Virus record (IMG/VR): IMGVR_UViG_3300043446_003158
Location: 1-64,000 of that record
Length of the DNA stretch: 64,000 nt
Source of the DNA: a virus
Strand: one strand, 5' to 3'
The notes beneath the pieces are model-generated. The model saw only the letters and a program-made list of their open reading frames with translations. It was not told the DNA's origin and did not search any database. Numbering within the stretch: the first letter of the stretch is position 1; the number at the start of each line of letters is the position of its first letter. Made by a program: the position numbers and the translations under genes. This document shows, in pieces, positions 17,099-26,852 of this stretch.

Positions 17099-17968
17099 TT
17101 ATTCAAACATTACCTTAACTATTTTTTTAGTTGTTAAATTATTTTTAGTATAATCAAAAAGATATTCATTTAATTCATCATAACAAGGATGAATTTCGTA
17201 TCTTCTGGCATATTTATTGGTTTCTTTAATAATATCTTTTGGAAAATTTACCATTGTTAAAGGAGGACAATCTTCAATATCTGGAAAATAAGGAATGCAT
17301 TTGTTTGCCAATATTTCATAATGCCTCATACAATTCCATTGAGATTTTTTCCAAGTCATACCATAATAAGAACTTGCATAATCATTATAGTAATCATTTT
17401 CATTATCGTAAATATAAGTTTCAAATTTTCCTGGAATAATGTAAGCAAATATTTTTTCTTTAGTTGGAGTATAATTAATTAATTGTGATTCTGGAATTCC
17501 AAAAGTAATTGGATTTGCAGCTCCAGGATCTATCAAATGAGTTTTCCAAATAGTTCCATAGGAATTTAGACCATGAGCATGTGCAAAATTCCAAGTATTA
17601 TCTGAACCATCAATTAAATGAATTTTATCTTTTGAATAATATTGTTTTACATATTCAAAATAATCTAAACATTGTCTTTTATTAAATCCTTCATGAGTAT
17701 AGATGCATCCATAAATTATAGCATCATAAAATCTTGATTTAATTTTTTCAATTATTGTTTCTGGAGAATCTAGTTTTGGAGTATGTTCTAACTTACCAAA
17801 TATTGTAAAACCTTTTCCATAAATGTGAGATCTTTCTGTAAAAGATTTTAACATATAAGAAGGATAATGAGTTTCATATACTTCTATACCATTATCAATC
17901 AAACCATGATAAATTGTATCTGATTGATAATCTGGATACTCAAAATTATAGACAAATAAAACCTTCAT
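17099..17968 (-). CDS. Putative glycosyltransferase-like protein
   Basis: LIDGSD, YYNDYASSYYG, WNCMRHYEILANKCIPYF (GT-B-like C-terminus); start MKVLF overlaps the upstream stop. Confidence 0.5.
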   Translation of the reverse strand: MKVLFVYNFEYPDYQSDTIYHGLIDNGIEVYETHYPSYMLKSFTERSHIYGKGFTIFGKLEHTPKLDSPETIIEKIKSRFYDAIIYGCIYTHEGFNKRQCLDYFEYVKQYYSKDKIHLIDGSDNTWNFAHAHGLNSYGTIWKTHLIDPGAANPITFGIPESQLINYTPTKEKIFAYIIPGKFETYIYDNENDYYNDYASSYYGMTWKKSQWNCMRHYEILANKCIPYFPDIEDCPPLTMVNFPKDIIKETNKYARRYEIHPCYDELNEYLFDYTKNNLTTKKIVKVMFE

Positions 17969-18612
17969 ATACGCTTTCTTGCAAAAGCAATTCCCCAATC
18001 TTTAGGGCAACAATTTTGCGTGATTTCCCATTTAGTTTTATCTAAAGCATTAACAAATTCTTTAGGTCCAGGATGACATGATACATCATGAAATCCAACA
18101 ACACCACTATCAGATAATAAATTTGTATATTCCCAATCTCTTAAAACTTGATTAATACTATGCCACCCATCAATAAAAATAAAATCAAATTTTACATCAT
18201 CAGTTCCTAATACCATTTTAAAAATATCAAGATTTTCATCATAAAATGAACTATCATTTTGAATAGTGTGAATATTATTTTCAGCGTTTCTTAAGAATGA
18301 TCTATCAGCAATATCTAGACCAACATAAACAGTATCCTTTTTTTTATTTTTTGTTAAAACATGAACAAAAGAATCTTCTGCATTCCTACCTACACCTATT
18401 TCCAAAATTGCTTTTGCAGTATCACGAACTTTTAAGAAATTTTCAAGTAAATAATACCTATTACAAATAGTAACTTCTTCAGGATAAATCATGTTACCTT
18501 CAAAATCACATTTATGCCCATATCTATATGGATGAGAATCTGCTACACCATCAACATCATCATATGCAGTGAATGTTCTAATATCTTTTGTTAAATCGTT
18601 TTCCCATTTCAT
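17965..18612 (-). CDS. Class I SAM methyltransferase (Methyltransf_24-like)
   Basis: ILEIGVG, FIFIDGWHS, GVVGFHD; paralogue of the C-terminal domain of 20704..23916. Confidence 0.8.
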   Translation of the reverse strand: MKWENDLTKDIRTFTAYDDVDGVADSHPYRYGHKCDFEGNMIYPEEVTICNRYYLLENFLKVRDTAKAILEIGVGRNAEDSFVHVLTKNKKKDTVYVGLDIADRSFLRNAENNIHTIQNDSSFYDENLDIFKMVLGTDDVKFDFIFIDGWHSINQVLRDWEYTNLLSDSGVVGFHDVSCHPGPKEFVNALDKTKWEITQNCCPKDWGIAFARKRI

Positions 18613-18638
18613 AAGTAATTAATCCGAATAAAAAAAAT

Positions 18639-18646
18639 TATTTATT
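18639..18646 (-). promoter_or_regulatory. T4-like late promoter (AATAAATA)
   Basis: Intergenic NATAAATA 27 nt upstream of the ATG at 18612. Confidence 0.55.
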
Positions 18647-18649
18647 GTT

Positions 18650-19399
18650 TTAATATAGGTTGGGATACCAAATCCTACGAAAATCAATATTATTATTAAT
18701 CCTAACTCTAAAATCACACCTGTTTATATTGATTTTTTTCAAATTAAAATATTTTAAAAGCATTGTTTCTGGATGATATGGAACACCTTCAATTTCAATT
18801 ATATTATTATAAAAATTGGAATATTCATCCATTACATTTGATGGTCCAAATGCAAATTGATCATTAATTCCACCACACCAATCTTCACCCTTTGGTATGT
18901 TTAGACTTTTTGGATATTCTTCAAGATTGAGTGTTTTGTTTTCAAAATCACTATCAAACCTCATTCTAATCACAGTATCAAAAGTCATATTATTTTCTTT
19001 TTCATATATAACTTTTAGATTATTTGACATGTTAATTGAATGATGCATACTAATTGGTCCCACATCATACCGAGGTTTGATGCACCCTTCGGGGTTTTCA
19101 AATGGAAGTAGATTTAATGAGTTATAAATTTCTTGAAACTTATGTTTTTTAGTTTCATAATCTTCAATTAAAAGTTTTTCATAATTATATTTTTCTAAAA
19201 AACTAAATTGAGTTTCAACAATATTATTATACTCTTTAAATTCTAATCCAGAAACAGTTTTTAAAAATTCTTCTCTATTAGAAATTTTCCAAGTATGAAT
19301 AAAAATTTTTACATGGTCATTTGGAAAAATATTTTTTATACTTTTCAATCCAATATGAGGATATCTAATAGCCCCAGATAAACAAACTGCTATTTTCAT
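18650..19399 (-). CDS. Hypothetical GT-A-like protein (KIAVCLSG type)
   Basis: MKIAVCLSGAIR, VFIHTW-like FIHTW, VIRMRFD, NDQFAFG, HPETML. Confidence 0.5.
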   Translation of the reverse strand: MKIAVCLSGAIRYPHIGLKSIKNIFPNDHVKIFIHTWKISNREEFLKTVSGLEFKEYNNIVETQFSFLEKYNYEKLLIEDYETKKHKFQEIYNSLNLLPFENPEGCIKPRYDVGPISMHHSINMSNNLKVIYEKENNMTFDTVIRMRFDSDFENKTLNLEEYPKSLNIPKGEDWCGGINDQFAFGPSNVMDEYSNFYNNIIEIEGVPYHPETMLLKYFNLKKININRCDFRVRINNNIDFRRIWYPNLY

Positions 19400-20388
19400 G
19401 CTTTAAAAATATAATCTTGTGTAAATGATTTAGAAACTCTCAGCAAGTATGCCGCATTATCCTGGAATCCAAATGTGATTAAGTAATCATCACCATACTC
19501 ACACATACCAACCGCAAATTCTATTTCTGCATTTAAGAAAGAAAATCTTTCAGAAACTTTAACAATATTCCAATCATTGTCCCAAACTACAAATCTATGA
19601 CGATAAGTTCCATCTTTTCTACCTGCTGGACTTTGGAAAAGAAAAGTTTCATGATTCAAGCAAAATCTATACTCGCCAAGTTTAAGAACTTGTGATCCAC
19701 CACGAAGATCTATACAACCTAAATCTTGCCAATCTTTAACTGCAACTCTTTCAGTAGTGTTAGATTTAATATCATATTTAACAACTTCAGTTCCATTTGT
19801 CCACTTAACAAAATGAAATGGAAGATCTAAAATAGGCATCCAATTTTTTTCGCAATACGAAGTTTCATCACCTTTATCAACTCCAGGAACAGGAATACGA
19901 TATTGATTTACTTCCTTCACACCACTATCAGTTATCTCAATTTCAGATAACTCCATTCTACCCTGTCCATTATATGTGGTGTCTCTTCTTACTCCACAAG
20001 TATAGAGTTTACCGTCCCATCTCATAATACGACAATCTTCCAATCCAACAAATTCCCATAGTTCTTGATCTGGAAATTTTGAAGTATCAATGTGATGATA
20101 CCATTTCATATTCATAGTATCATCCATTTCGCACATTATATTTTTTGTGCGAAGGCGAAGATCATTTTCTGGATGAATATAAACTAGAGGACCCCAGTGA
20201 TGTTCAAACTTTTTCTTTTCAGAATGATATAAAGTATAATTAATATTTCTCAAATTAACTAAAATTCTACCATTATCATTATAAATGGATGGATTTGTAA
20301 CAGCTGGTCCTTTTAAATCTGAAGAAGGAATAATAAGAGGATGAATACTTCCACCATTTTCCAACGCAAGTTTTACAAAATTTGACAT
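19396..20388 (-). CDS. Five-bladed beta-propeller glycosidase/phosphorylase-like protein (GH43/GH130 clan)
   Basis: NPSI, GLEDCRI, CEKNWMP, LRGGSQ, IEFAVG. Confidence 0.6.
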   Translation of the reverse strand: MSNFVKLALENGGSIHPLIIPSSDLKGPAVTNPSIYNDNGRILVNLRNINYTLYHSEKKKFEHHWGPLVYIHPENDLRLRTKNIMCEMDDTMNMKWYHHIDTSKFPDQELWEFVGLEDCRIMRWDGKLYTCGVRRDTTYNGQGRMELSEIEITDSGVKEVNQYRIPVPGVDKGDETSYCEKNWMPILDLPFHFVKWTNGTEVVKYDIKSNTTERVAVKDWQDLGCIDLRGGSQVLKLGEYRFCLNHETFLFQSPAGRKDGTYRHRFVVWDNDWNIVKVSERFSFLNAEIEFAVGMCEYGDDYLITFGFQDNAAYLLRVSKSFTQDYIFKA

Positions 20389-20440
20389 AATTATTTCGTT
20401 CTTAATTTTATTATACAATAGATTTTAATTATTTTCAAAT

Positions 20441-20686
20441 TTATTCAATAGTCGTCATAGTTTCTGAAATTAATGGTTGATTTTCTACGATAGATTCTGG
20501 TCTTCTATAAATTTTTACAGTTGCTTCAACTGGATAATCCCAACCATATTCATCTTTAAGATCAACAATTTCTTGAATAGACAAACTTACTTCTGCATAT
20601 TGTTCATGTGCTAATTGATATAGATGAGCAAGAGGCATACTTGAAGTAACTTCATGATCAAACATACTAGGATCTCTTGGGTCCAT
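20441..20686 (-). CDS. Hypothetical protein
   Basis: 81-aa ORF with AAGG SD, in operon. Confidence 0.5.
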   Translation of the reverse strand: MDPRDPSMFDHEVTSSMPLAHLYQLAHEQYAEVSLSIQEIVDLKDEYGWDYPVEATVKIYRRPESIVENQPLISETMTTIE

Positions 20687-20703
20687 AATCTACCTTATTG
20701 TAA

Positions 20704-23700
20704 TTATTTTTTATATATAGCAAATCCTATTCCCCAATCTTCTGGGCAAAGATTTTCTTGAACATCCCATTTATTCTTATCTAGTGCATTAACAAATCTG
20801 TTAGGGCCGAAATGGCATGTCGTATCATGAAATCCAACTACACCTCCAGGATTTAGAAGTTTTGTATATTCCCAATCTTTAAGAACTTGATTGATGCTGT
20901 GATACCCATCAATAAAAATAAAGTCAAATTTATCAACACCTAAAGATTTAAATAATTGAACATTATACTCATAATTAGAACTATCTGTTTTAAACGTATA
21001 TACTTTATTTTGAGAATCATTTAAGAAACTTCTGTCTTCAATATCAATCCCAATATAAATTGAATCTGGATTTTTATTTTTTGAGAAGATGTGTGCAAAA
21101 GACCTATCATCATTTCTGCCAATTCCTATTTCTAGAATTGCTTTACAATTTTCTTTAACAGTCAAAAACTTTTCTTCAAGATTCTTGAGGTTGCAGTCAC
21201 TAATTTCAGGAGGAGCAGAAAAAGTATTGTCTGGATTCAAATCATATCGTAAAGGATGTGCTCCTACTCCAGGAAAATCTTGGTCATCCCTTGGGTCATG
21301 ATACCGAATATCTTGAATTAAATCATCTTCCCATTTAAATTTTTTTTTTAAATTATTTGGAATTTCACCATCTTTAATCCAAAGTTCTTTTGAAAATTCA
21401 ATCCATTCTTTTACTCTTGTGTCCCAACTATAATAATCATTACAAACTTCTACTTGACGAGTGTTGTCAAATTTACCTTCATGATATTCTACAATCGTCT
21501 TCTTAAGTTCAGAAGCAAACTTAACAATGTGCTTGTTACGATCTGGAATGTATCCATAATGACGGGCAAATCCAAGACCAGTTTCTGGAAGAGCGGCAAG
21601 ATTGCTAGAAAGAACAGAACACCCAGCAGCAAGTGCTTCAATCATACAAATACAAGAAGTCTCCTGGAAGTATGATGGATAAGCAAAGATATGAGTCTTC
21701 ATTAATTGTTCACGAATCTTGGAGTTATTTGTTCTTGTATGGCGAACAACTCTACTGTCAGCATTAGCAAGTGCTAAACAATACCGAAGAAACTTTTCTT
21801 CATCCTCACAAACATGTGCATATTCGTATGTTTGGAATCCATCTAGATACTGCTTTTTCCTTTCATCGGGATCAAGTTCGTGGAAAATATGCAATTCAAA
21901 ATCCTCATCTGGGATAAGACGAATTGCTTCCAAAAGAAGATCTAATCCACGAATAGGATTAGGATGAAAAATTAATTGTAACTTTCCTTCAGGTTTTTTA
22001 TGTGGTTCAAATGGTTGAATAGCATTCTTAAGAACGTAGCACTTTTCCATAGGAAGATTAAACTTCTCACCAAACCGTTCATATTGCCAGTTAGAAACAA
22101 AAACATATGCTTTAAAATGTTTTTGAAACTGCTTATCCATTAACTGTTCAAGATTTTGCTCATTATGATGAGGATGCAACCAAACAATATTAGAATTATC
22201 TGGAGCAATTATATTATCACCAGGAATAACACACCAATGCCAATCTGCCAAATCTGGAGCTTTAGGGAGAACAAGATCTTGCCAGGCACGACCCATAATT
22301 TCCGTTCCTCCAGTTCCATCTGGATTTAATGATGCTTCCAAAAGTGGAGGCATATTATTGTGCAAATATTCTGGTTTTGTGTTTACCAAATCTTTTTCGG
22401 ATTTGTATAAATCTGAGATTGAGTCAATAGTCATATCTGGAAAATTGATTTTAATATCGTTTATTAATGTTTTGTTTTTACTAATTACACCTAACCCATG
22501 AGAATTTATAAAATTAATCTTATAATAACCAGTTATTTCATCAAAAAATTTCCCAACAAGTTCTTTAAAACTAACTGTATCATGAAATAATATTATACCA
22601 TCTTCTTTAACAAATTTATTCCAATTTTCAAAATCATTTTTGGCAGCATCGTAAGAATGATGCCCATCAATATGTAAAATATCAATACTCTTATTCCATT
22701 GTTTTGATATTTCAGAAAAGTCTCCAAATATAAAATTAAAATTATCAAGATTTAATTTTTTTGAAATATCCAAAACAAACTTATCAATTTCTTCATTCTC
22801 TCTTCCAGAATAAGAATCTATTCCATAAACTTTTCCATTTGAATATAAACTCATCAAAAATGATGAGTATCCGTAATCAACACCTAATTCAACAATAGTT
22901 TCTGGATTTTTATATTCAATTAACCATTTAATAAACTTTCTATGCCCTACTGGTTTTTGATTCCACGCAGATGGAATATTAGATATAATATCTTCAATAT
23001 CATTGTCTGGAAGATTCTTTACATAGTTTTTAAAATCTGTATTAGTTTCCCAAGAAAAATTTTCAATAACTTCTTTATTTTTAAACTCTTCAATTGCATT
23101 CATATTATACATTTCTTTTGGAAAAATTTTTATAATTATGTCTTGAAGATCTTTTGGAAAATTATTAAAACTAAAAAATTTAAGAGGATCGGATCTATGA
23201 AATAAATCTTTTCTAGTTTTTATACATTCTAGTATATTTTTTTCATTTTTATATTTTTCTTTATTAAATTCTTGATGAGAAAAAGATTCTATTTTGTGTT
23301 GAATTGTTTTAACATCACCAAAATATGAGAAGTGCCATCCACTATTATTGTAGCAATTAAACTCACCTCTTTGCCATCTCAATTGTGTAAATTTTATTTT
23401 AGAAGCATTTTGAACTTTAACAAAAATTGTCCCTGGCCAAACGTTAGTGTTTACTGTAGTAAAATTAAAATATAAACCAAAAAAGTTTGCGGTAGAACAA
23501 AAATTTTGTGGAAGATTTTCTACCCTTAACTGAGATATTAATCTTTTATCAGGTATTTCATCAACATCACTTAACATTAAAAGGTCATCAGGAGAAAACT
23601 GTTGTAGATTTTCTCCCATGTAATCTCTCTGACCGAATTCTATTTTCCAAAAATCAGATTCAAAATCACATTTATCAGTCTCTCCAAACTTACAATCACT

Positions 23701-23916
23701 GATATCTGGTTCATAATAAAGACGGATAATTTTTTTCTTTATTTCATCATCCAATTCATTAATATACTCATCAAGATAATAAGGTTTTTCTTTTCCAGAA
23801 AAAGTATATTTAGATTCACAGACTAAAAAGCAATCAACAACATCTTTAAGGTATTCAGTTCTTAATTTTAACATATTCTTTTCATTAAAGAATATAAAAC
23901 TATCAATTACTTTCAT
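20704..23916 (-). CDS. Multidomain enzyme: GT17-like + methyltransferase + GT4-like (GT-B) + methyltransferase
   Basis: IDSFIFFNE..LSDVDEIP..GWHFSY; VELGVDYG..HIDGHH..FHD; GGTE..RGLDLL..FQETSCICMIEALAAG; LEIGIG..IDGYH..FHD. Confidence 0.8.
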   Translation of the reverse strand: MKVIDSFIFFNEKNMLKLRTEYLKDVVDCFLVCESKYTFSGKEKPYYLDEYINELDDEIKKKIIRLYYEPDISDCKFGETDKCDFESDFWKIEFGQRDYMGENLQQFSPDDLLMLSDVDEIPDKRLISQLRVENLPQNFCSTANFFGLYFNFTTVNTNVWPGTIFVKVQNASKIKFTQLRWQRGEFNCYNNSGWHFSYFGDVKTIQHKIESFSHQEFNKEKYKNEKNILECIKTRKDLFHRSDPLKFFSFNNFPKDLQDIIIKIFPKEMYNMNAIEEFKNKEVIENFSWETNTDFKNYVKNLPDNDIEDIISNIPSAWNQKPVGHRKFIKWLIEYKNPETIVELGVDYGYSSFLMSLYSNGKVYGIDSYSGRENEEIDKFVLDISKKLNLDNFNFIFGDFSEISKQWNKSIDILHIDGHHSYDAAKNDFENWNKFVKEDGIILFHDTVSFKELVGKFFDEITGYYKINFINSHGLGVISKNKTLINDIKINFPDMTIDSISDLYKSEKDLVNTKPEYLHNNMPPLLEASLNPDGTGGTEIMGRAWQDLVLPKAPDLADWHWCVIPGDNIIAPDNSNIVWLHPHHNEQNLEQLMDKQFQKHFKAYVFVSNWQYERFGEKFNLPMEKCYVLKNAIQPFEPHKKPEGKLQLIFHPNPIRGLDLLLEAIRLIPDEDFELHIFHELDPDERKKQYLDGFQTYEYAHVCEDEEKFLRYCLALANADSRVVRHTRTNNSKIREQLMKTHIFAYPSYFQETSCICMIEALAAGCSVLSSNLAALPETGLGFARHYGYIPDRNKHIVKFASELKKTIVEYHEGKFDNTRQVEVCNDYYSWDTRVKEWIEFSKELWIKDGEIPNNLKKKFKWEDDLIQDIRYHDPRDDQDFPGVGAHPLRYDLNPDNTFSAPPEISDCNLKNLEEKFLTVKENCKAILEIGIGRNDDRSFAHIFSKNKNPDSIYIGIDIEDRSFLNDSQNKVYTFKTDSSNYEYNVQLFKSLGVDKFDFIFIDGYHSINQVLKDWEYTKLLNPGGVVGFHDTTCHFGPNRFVNALDKNKWDVQENLCPEDWGIGFAIYKK

Positions 23917-24647
23917 TGTTTAAGACTTTGTAATGGTTTTGTTATATCTATGGTCTTGTGATATTCATTTCTAGTTCCTAATTGATCTTTGTGAATTGCT
24001 TTATATTGAGTAATCAAATTATTGAATGAACAATTACCAAACAAAGAATAAAGTTGTTTAAAAATTTCCGCGTCAAGGCAAAACGTTTGGAAAGATGGAA
24101 ATCTTATATCAACATCTTTTCTATGAAAAACATTAGTTCTCCAAGAAACTTGACTAGCATCTAGTTGTAAATGTGGATTTAAATCATCAATTCTATTTAA
24201 ATGATAATTATTATTGAATTTTATATCATTTAAAGAACGCACTTCAAATGGATCAAAAATAACAGAGTGTCCATATGAATAATTTTTTTGAGGACTTCTT
24301 TCATACCATTTACATAAACCTTCAAGATATCCAGGATATAGAGCATCATCGTCGCATAAAATTATGCAAATATCAGAATCACTTTCTAAAACTGCCCTAT
24401 TCCAATAATGACCATGAGTGCTAAATCTTTTTTGTTTTCCTTCAAAAGTATCATGAGTATGATAAAATTTTACTTTTTCAGTTTCACTACCTAGTATATC
24501 TTCAACAATTGGTTTTCCTGGATAATCACTAGAGTCATCAACGAAAATCCATTCCCAGTCTTTATGAGATTGATACTTTATAGACTCCGCAGTATATCTA
24601 ATCATATTAGGACGATTAAAATAAGAAGACAATATGGTTATTTTCAT
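23913..24647 (-). CDS. GT2-family glycosyltransferase
   Basis: YFNRP, WIFVDDSS, IILCDDD. Confidence 0.75.
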   Translation of the reverse strand: MKITILSSYFNRPNMIRYTAESIKYQSHKDWEWIFVDDSSDYPGKPIVEDILGSETEKVKFYHTHDTFEGKQKRFSTHGHYWNRAVLESDSDICIILCDDDALYPGYLEGLCKWYERSPQKNYSYGHSVIFDPFEVRSLNDIKFNNNYHLNRIDDLNPHLQLDASQVSWRTNVFHRKDVDIRFPSFQTFCLDAEIFKQLYSLFGNCSFNNLITQYKAIHKDQLGTRNEYHKTIDITKPLQSLKQ

Positions 24648-26851
24648 TTAAGTGCTTCTCTAATAAAATTTTCCATAGGGGTCTTCTTAAAGATATCAAG
24701 ACCTTTTTCTGCCTGCAAATCAAGTTCTTGAGGATTTTTTAGAAGTTCATATGCCTTTTCAACAAAGTTTTCATACGTTGTCGTAAAAACAGTACCCTCC
24801 ATGTAATCTGGAAAATCAGTTTCTGAACTTCTTTCACAAAGAACAGGAACTTTATTTTGAATCAAATGACTTACACGAACCATTTCAAAAATTTTATTCT
24901 CATGATTATGTAAATTAATCACCAATTTTGCTCTCTTAATATATGCATCACGATCATCACCATAAACACTATGGAAATGAACAAAGTTAATGTTTTTATT
25001 TTCGGCAAACTGATTTAAAATTTTAATTCTCCTATCAGAAGTATACATGTAAGCAAGAATATCAATGTCTCTTTCCTCTGGTTTATTTCTTTCAAAGTAA
25101 GAAATCTCAGGAACATATCCAATCTGAACATGTTTAATATTATCTACACCAGCTTTACGAAGAATATTACTGTTTCTCATTGAATAATCCCACACCTCAA
25201 GACCGCGATACTTACGACACCAACGAAGACATTCTGGACTATCTCTCATTTGTTCCAAAGAATAAATGATTGTATTTTTTGGGACATCATGTCTTACCAT
25301 ATCTACTGGACAGTGATGCATTCCAAATACGATATTTCGGGCATCCTGTCTAAATTCATTTACACTGTTCGTAACCTCATACCCCATTCGTTGTAGAGTG
25401 AAGAATACCGCAGCTTCAATCTCATGGAATACATTAGAGTGAATATTAAAATGATTATCAGGAACGATGCGACACATGTTAAATTTATTTGTTGCAGGTG
25501 TAGCATATGAAATTGAAGAATTTAAAAATTGAGAATTTTGATTATGGTAATCATTATCCTTTAATAAAACTTCTTTTAATACAGCATTATCAACTACGGG
25601 ATTAGCAGATAAGGGTGCTTTTTCCTGCCTAACATGTATGTAATGAAGTTTTCCATTACCAGATCCAATCCATTTTTTATAAGCTTCTTTATTATCCTGT
25701 TTTGAATAATACTTATTAATATTTAAAGGATCAGAAAGAGTTTTGATATAATCAGTTTTTGCCCACCAAAAATTTCCAGCAAATGGATAATAATCTTTAT
25801 AAAAATTAGATCCAATTACATCATACCCATCATTTAGTTTTTGAATACATTCTTCCCAGTTTTCAATACAATGCTTTTGCATGTATTGTCTCCATTTTTT
25901 ATCTTCATCAATAAGTCCATGTTGTATGTAAGAACTATTTGTTATTCCTTTATTATGGAAGTATAAAACATATCCTTCATTTTTAAGGGAATAATCATAC
26001 AATTCTTTTAGAGTTTGCCCCTCGTAAATATTTTCTTGGGCATTAATGTCACGATACGAAATAATATCTACAAATGGATACTTTCTAATGATATATTCAG
26101 AAACTAATTGATCGTAATTTTTTATTATACGTTCTTCACCTACTTTTAATTCTCCACTCAATGCCAATGGCATAGTAATGCATACGTTAACTTTTGCTTT
26201 TTTACTAAGACCAGTTTTTTTGAGAAGTCCTAATTGTTCATTAATCCACCAAACCCACATTCCAGAAGTATTGGGAATAAAAAGATGATAAAAAATACTT
26301 AACATGTCTTTCTTTTGATTATTTTTAATGCCGTAAAAATACAAATCTTTTGAATGTGAATTTACTTCAAATCCATATTCAGAAAAATATTGCTCTAAAT
26401 TTAAATCTTCAAAATGAGATTGATTTAAATTTTTATAATAATTCCATCCTTTTTGGATTGTAAATGGAGAATCTTCTGGTTTATGATTAGAAGTTCCATG
26501 TTCTTCTCTTCCATCAGTTGCACAAGTAAAAAAAACTAAACCATCTTTTTTACACATGCGTATCATGTTTAAAAAAGTTTCTTTCCAATAAGGATTATGC
26601 TCAAAACATTCTGCGGAAAATACTGTATCAAAAGTTTCATCTGGGGCATCATAGTTTTGCCCCTCACAGACAACATCGACACAGTATCCAGGTTCTAAAT
26701 CTACTCCAGTATAATCACACTTATCAAAAAATCCTTTGATAGTTCCATTGATATTTAAACTTCCAATTTCAAGAACTTTTTTTTCCTTGAAAAATTCTGG
26801 AAATCTTTGCCTTAAATTTTCTGTGTAATCAAATTGTTCTTGATGTGCCAT
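24644..26851 (-). CDS. Methyltransferase + HxKG/AGNFWW domain + GT-like C-terminal domain
   Basis: VLEIGS..GVDL..ECFEHNP; YFHNKG..FAGNFWWAK; KLVINLH..FEMVRVSHL. Confidence 0.65.
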   Translation of the reverse strand: MAHQEQFDYTENLRQRFPEFFKEKKVLEIGSLNINGTIKGFFDKCDYTGVDLEPGYCVDVVCEGQNYDAPDETFDTVFSAECFEHNPYWKETFLNMIRMCKKDGLVFFTCATDGREEHGTSNHKPEDSPFTIQKGWNYYKNLNQSHFEDLNLEQYFSEYGFEVNSHSKDLYFYGIKNNQKKDMLSIFYHLFIPNTSGMWVWWINEQLGLLKKTGLSKKAKVNVCITMPLALSGELKVGEERIIKNYDQLVSEYIIRKYPFVDIISYRDINAQENIYEGQTLKELYDYSLKNEGYVLYFHNKGITNSSYIQHGLIDEDKKWRQYMQKHCIENWEECIQKLNDGYDVIGSNFYKDYYPFAGNFWWAKTDYIKTLSDPLNINKYYSKQDNKEAYKKWIGSGNGKLHYIHVRQEKAPLSANPVVDNAVLKEVLLKDNDYHNQNSQFLNSSISYATPATNKFNMCRIVPDNHFNIHSNVFHEIEAAVFFTLQRMGYEVTNSVNEFRQDARNIVFGMHHCPVDMVRHDVPKNTIIYSLEQMRDSPECLRWCRKYRGLEVWDYSMRNSNILRKAGVDNIKHVQIGYVPEISYFERNKPEERDIDILAYMYTSDRRIKILNQFAENKNINFVHFHSVYGDDRDAYIKRAKLVINLHNHENKIFEMVRVSHLIQNKVPVLCERSSETDFPDYMEGTVFTTTYENFVEKAYELLKNPQELDLQAEKGLDIFKKTPMENFIREALK

Positions 26852-26852
26852 A

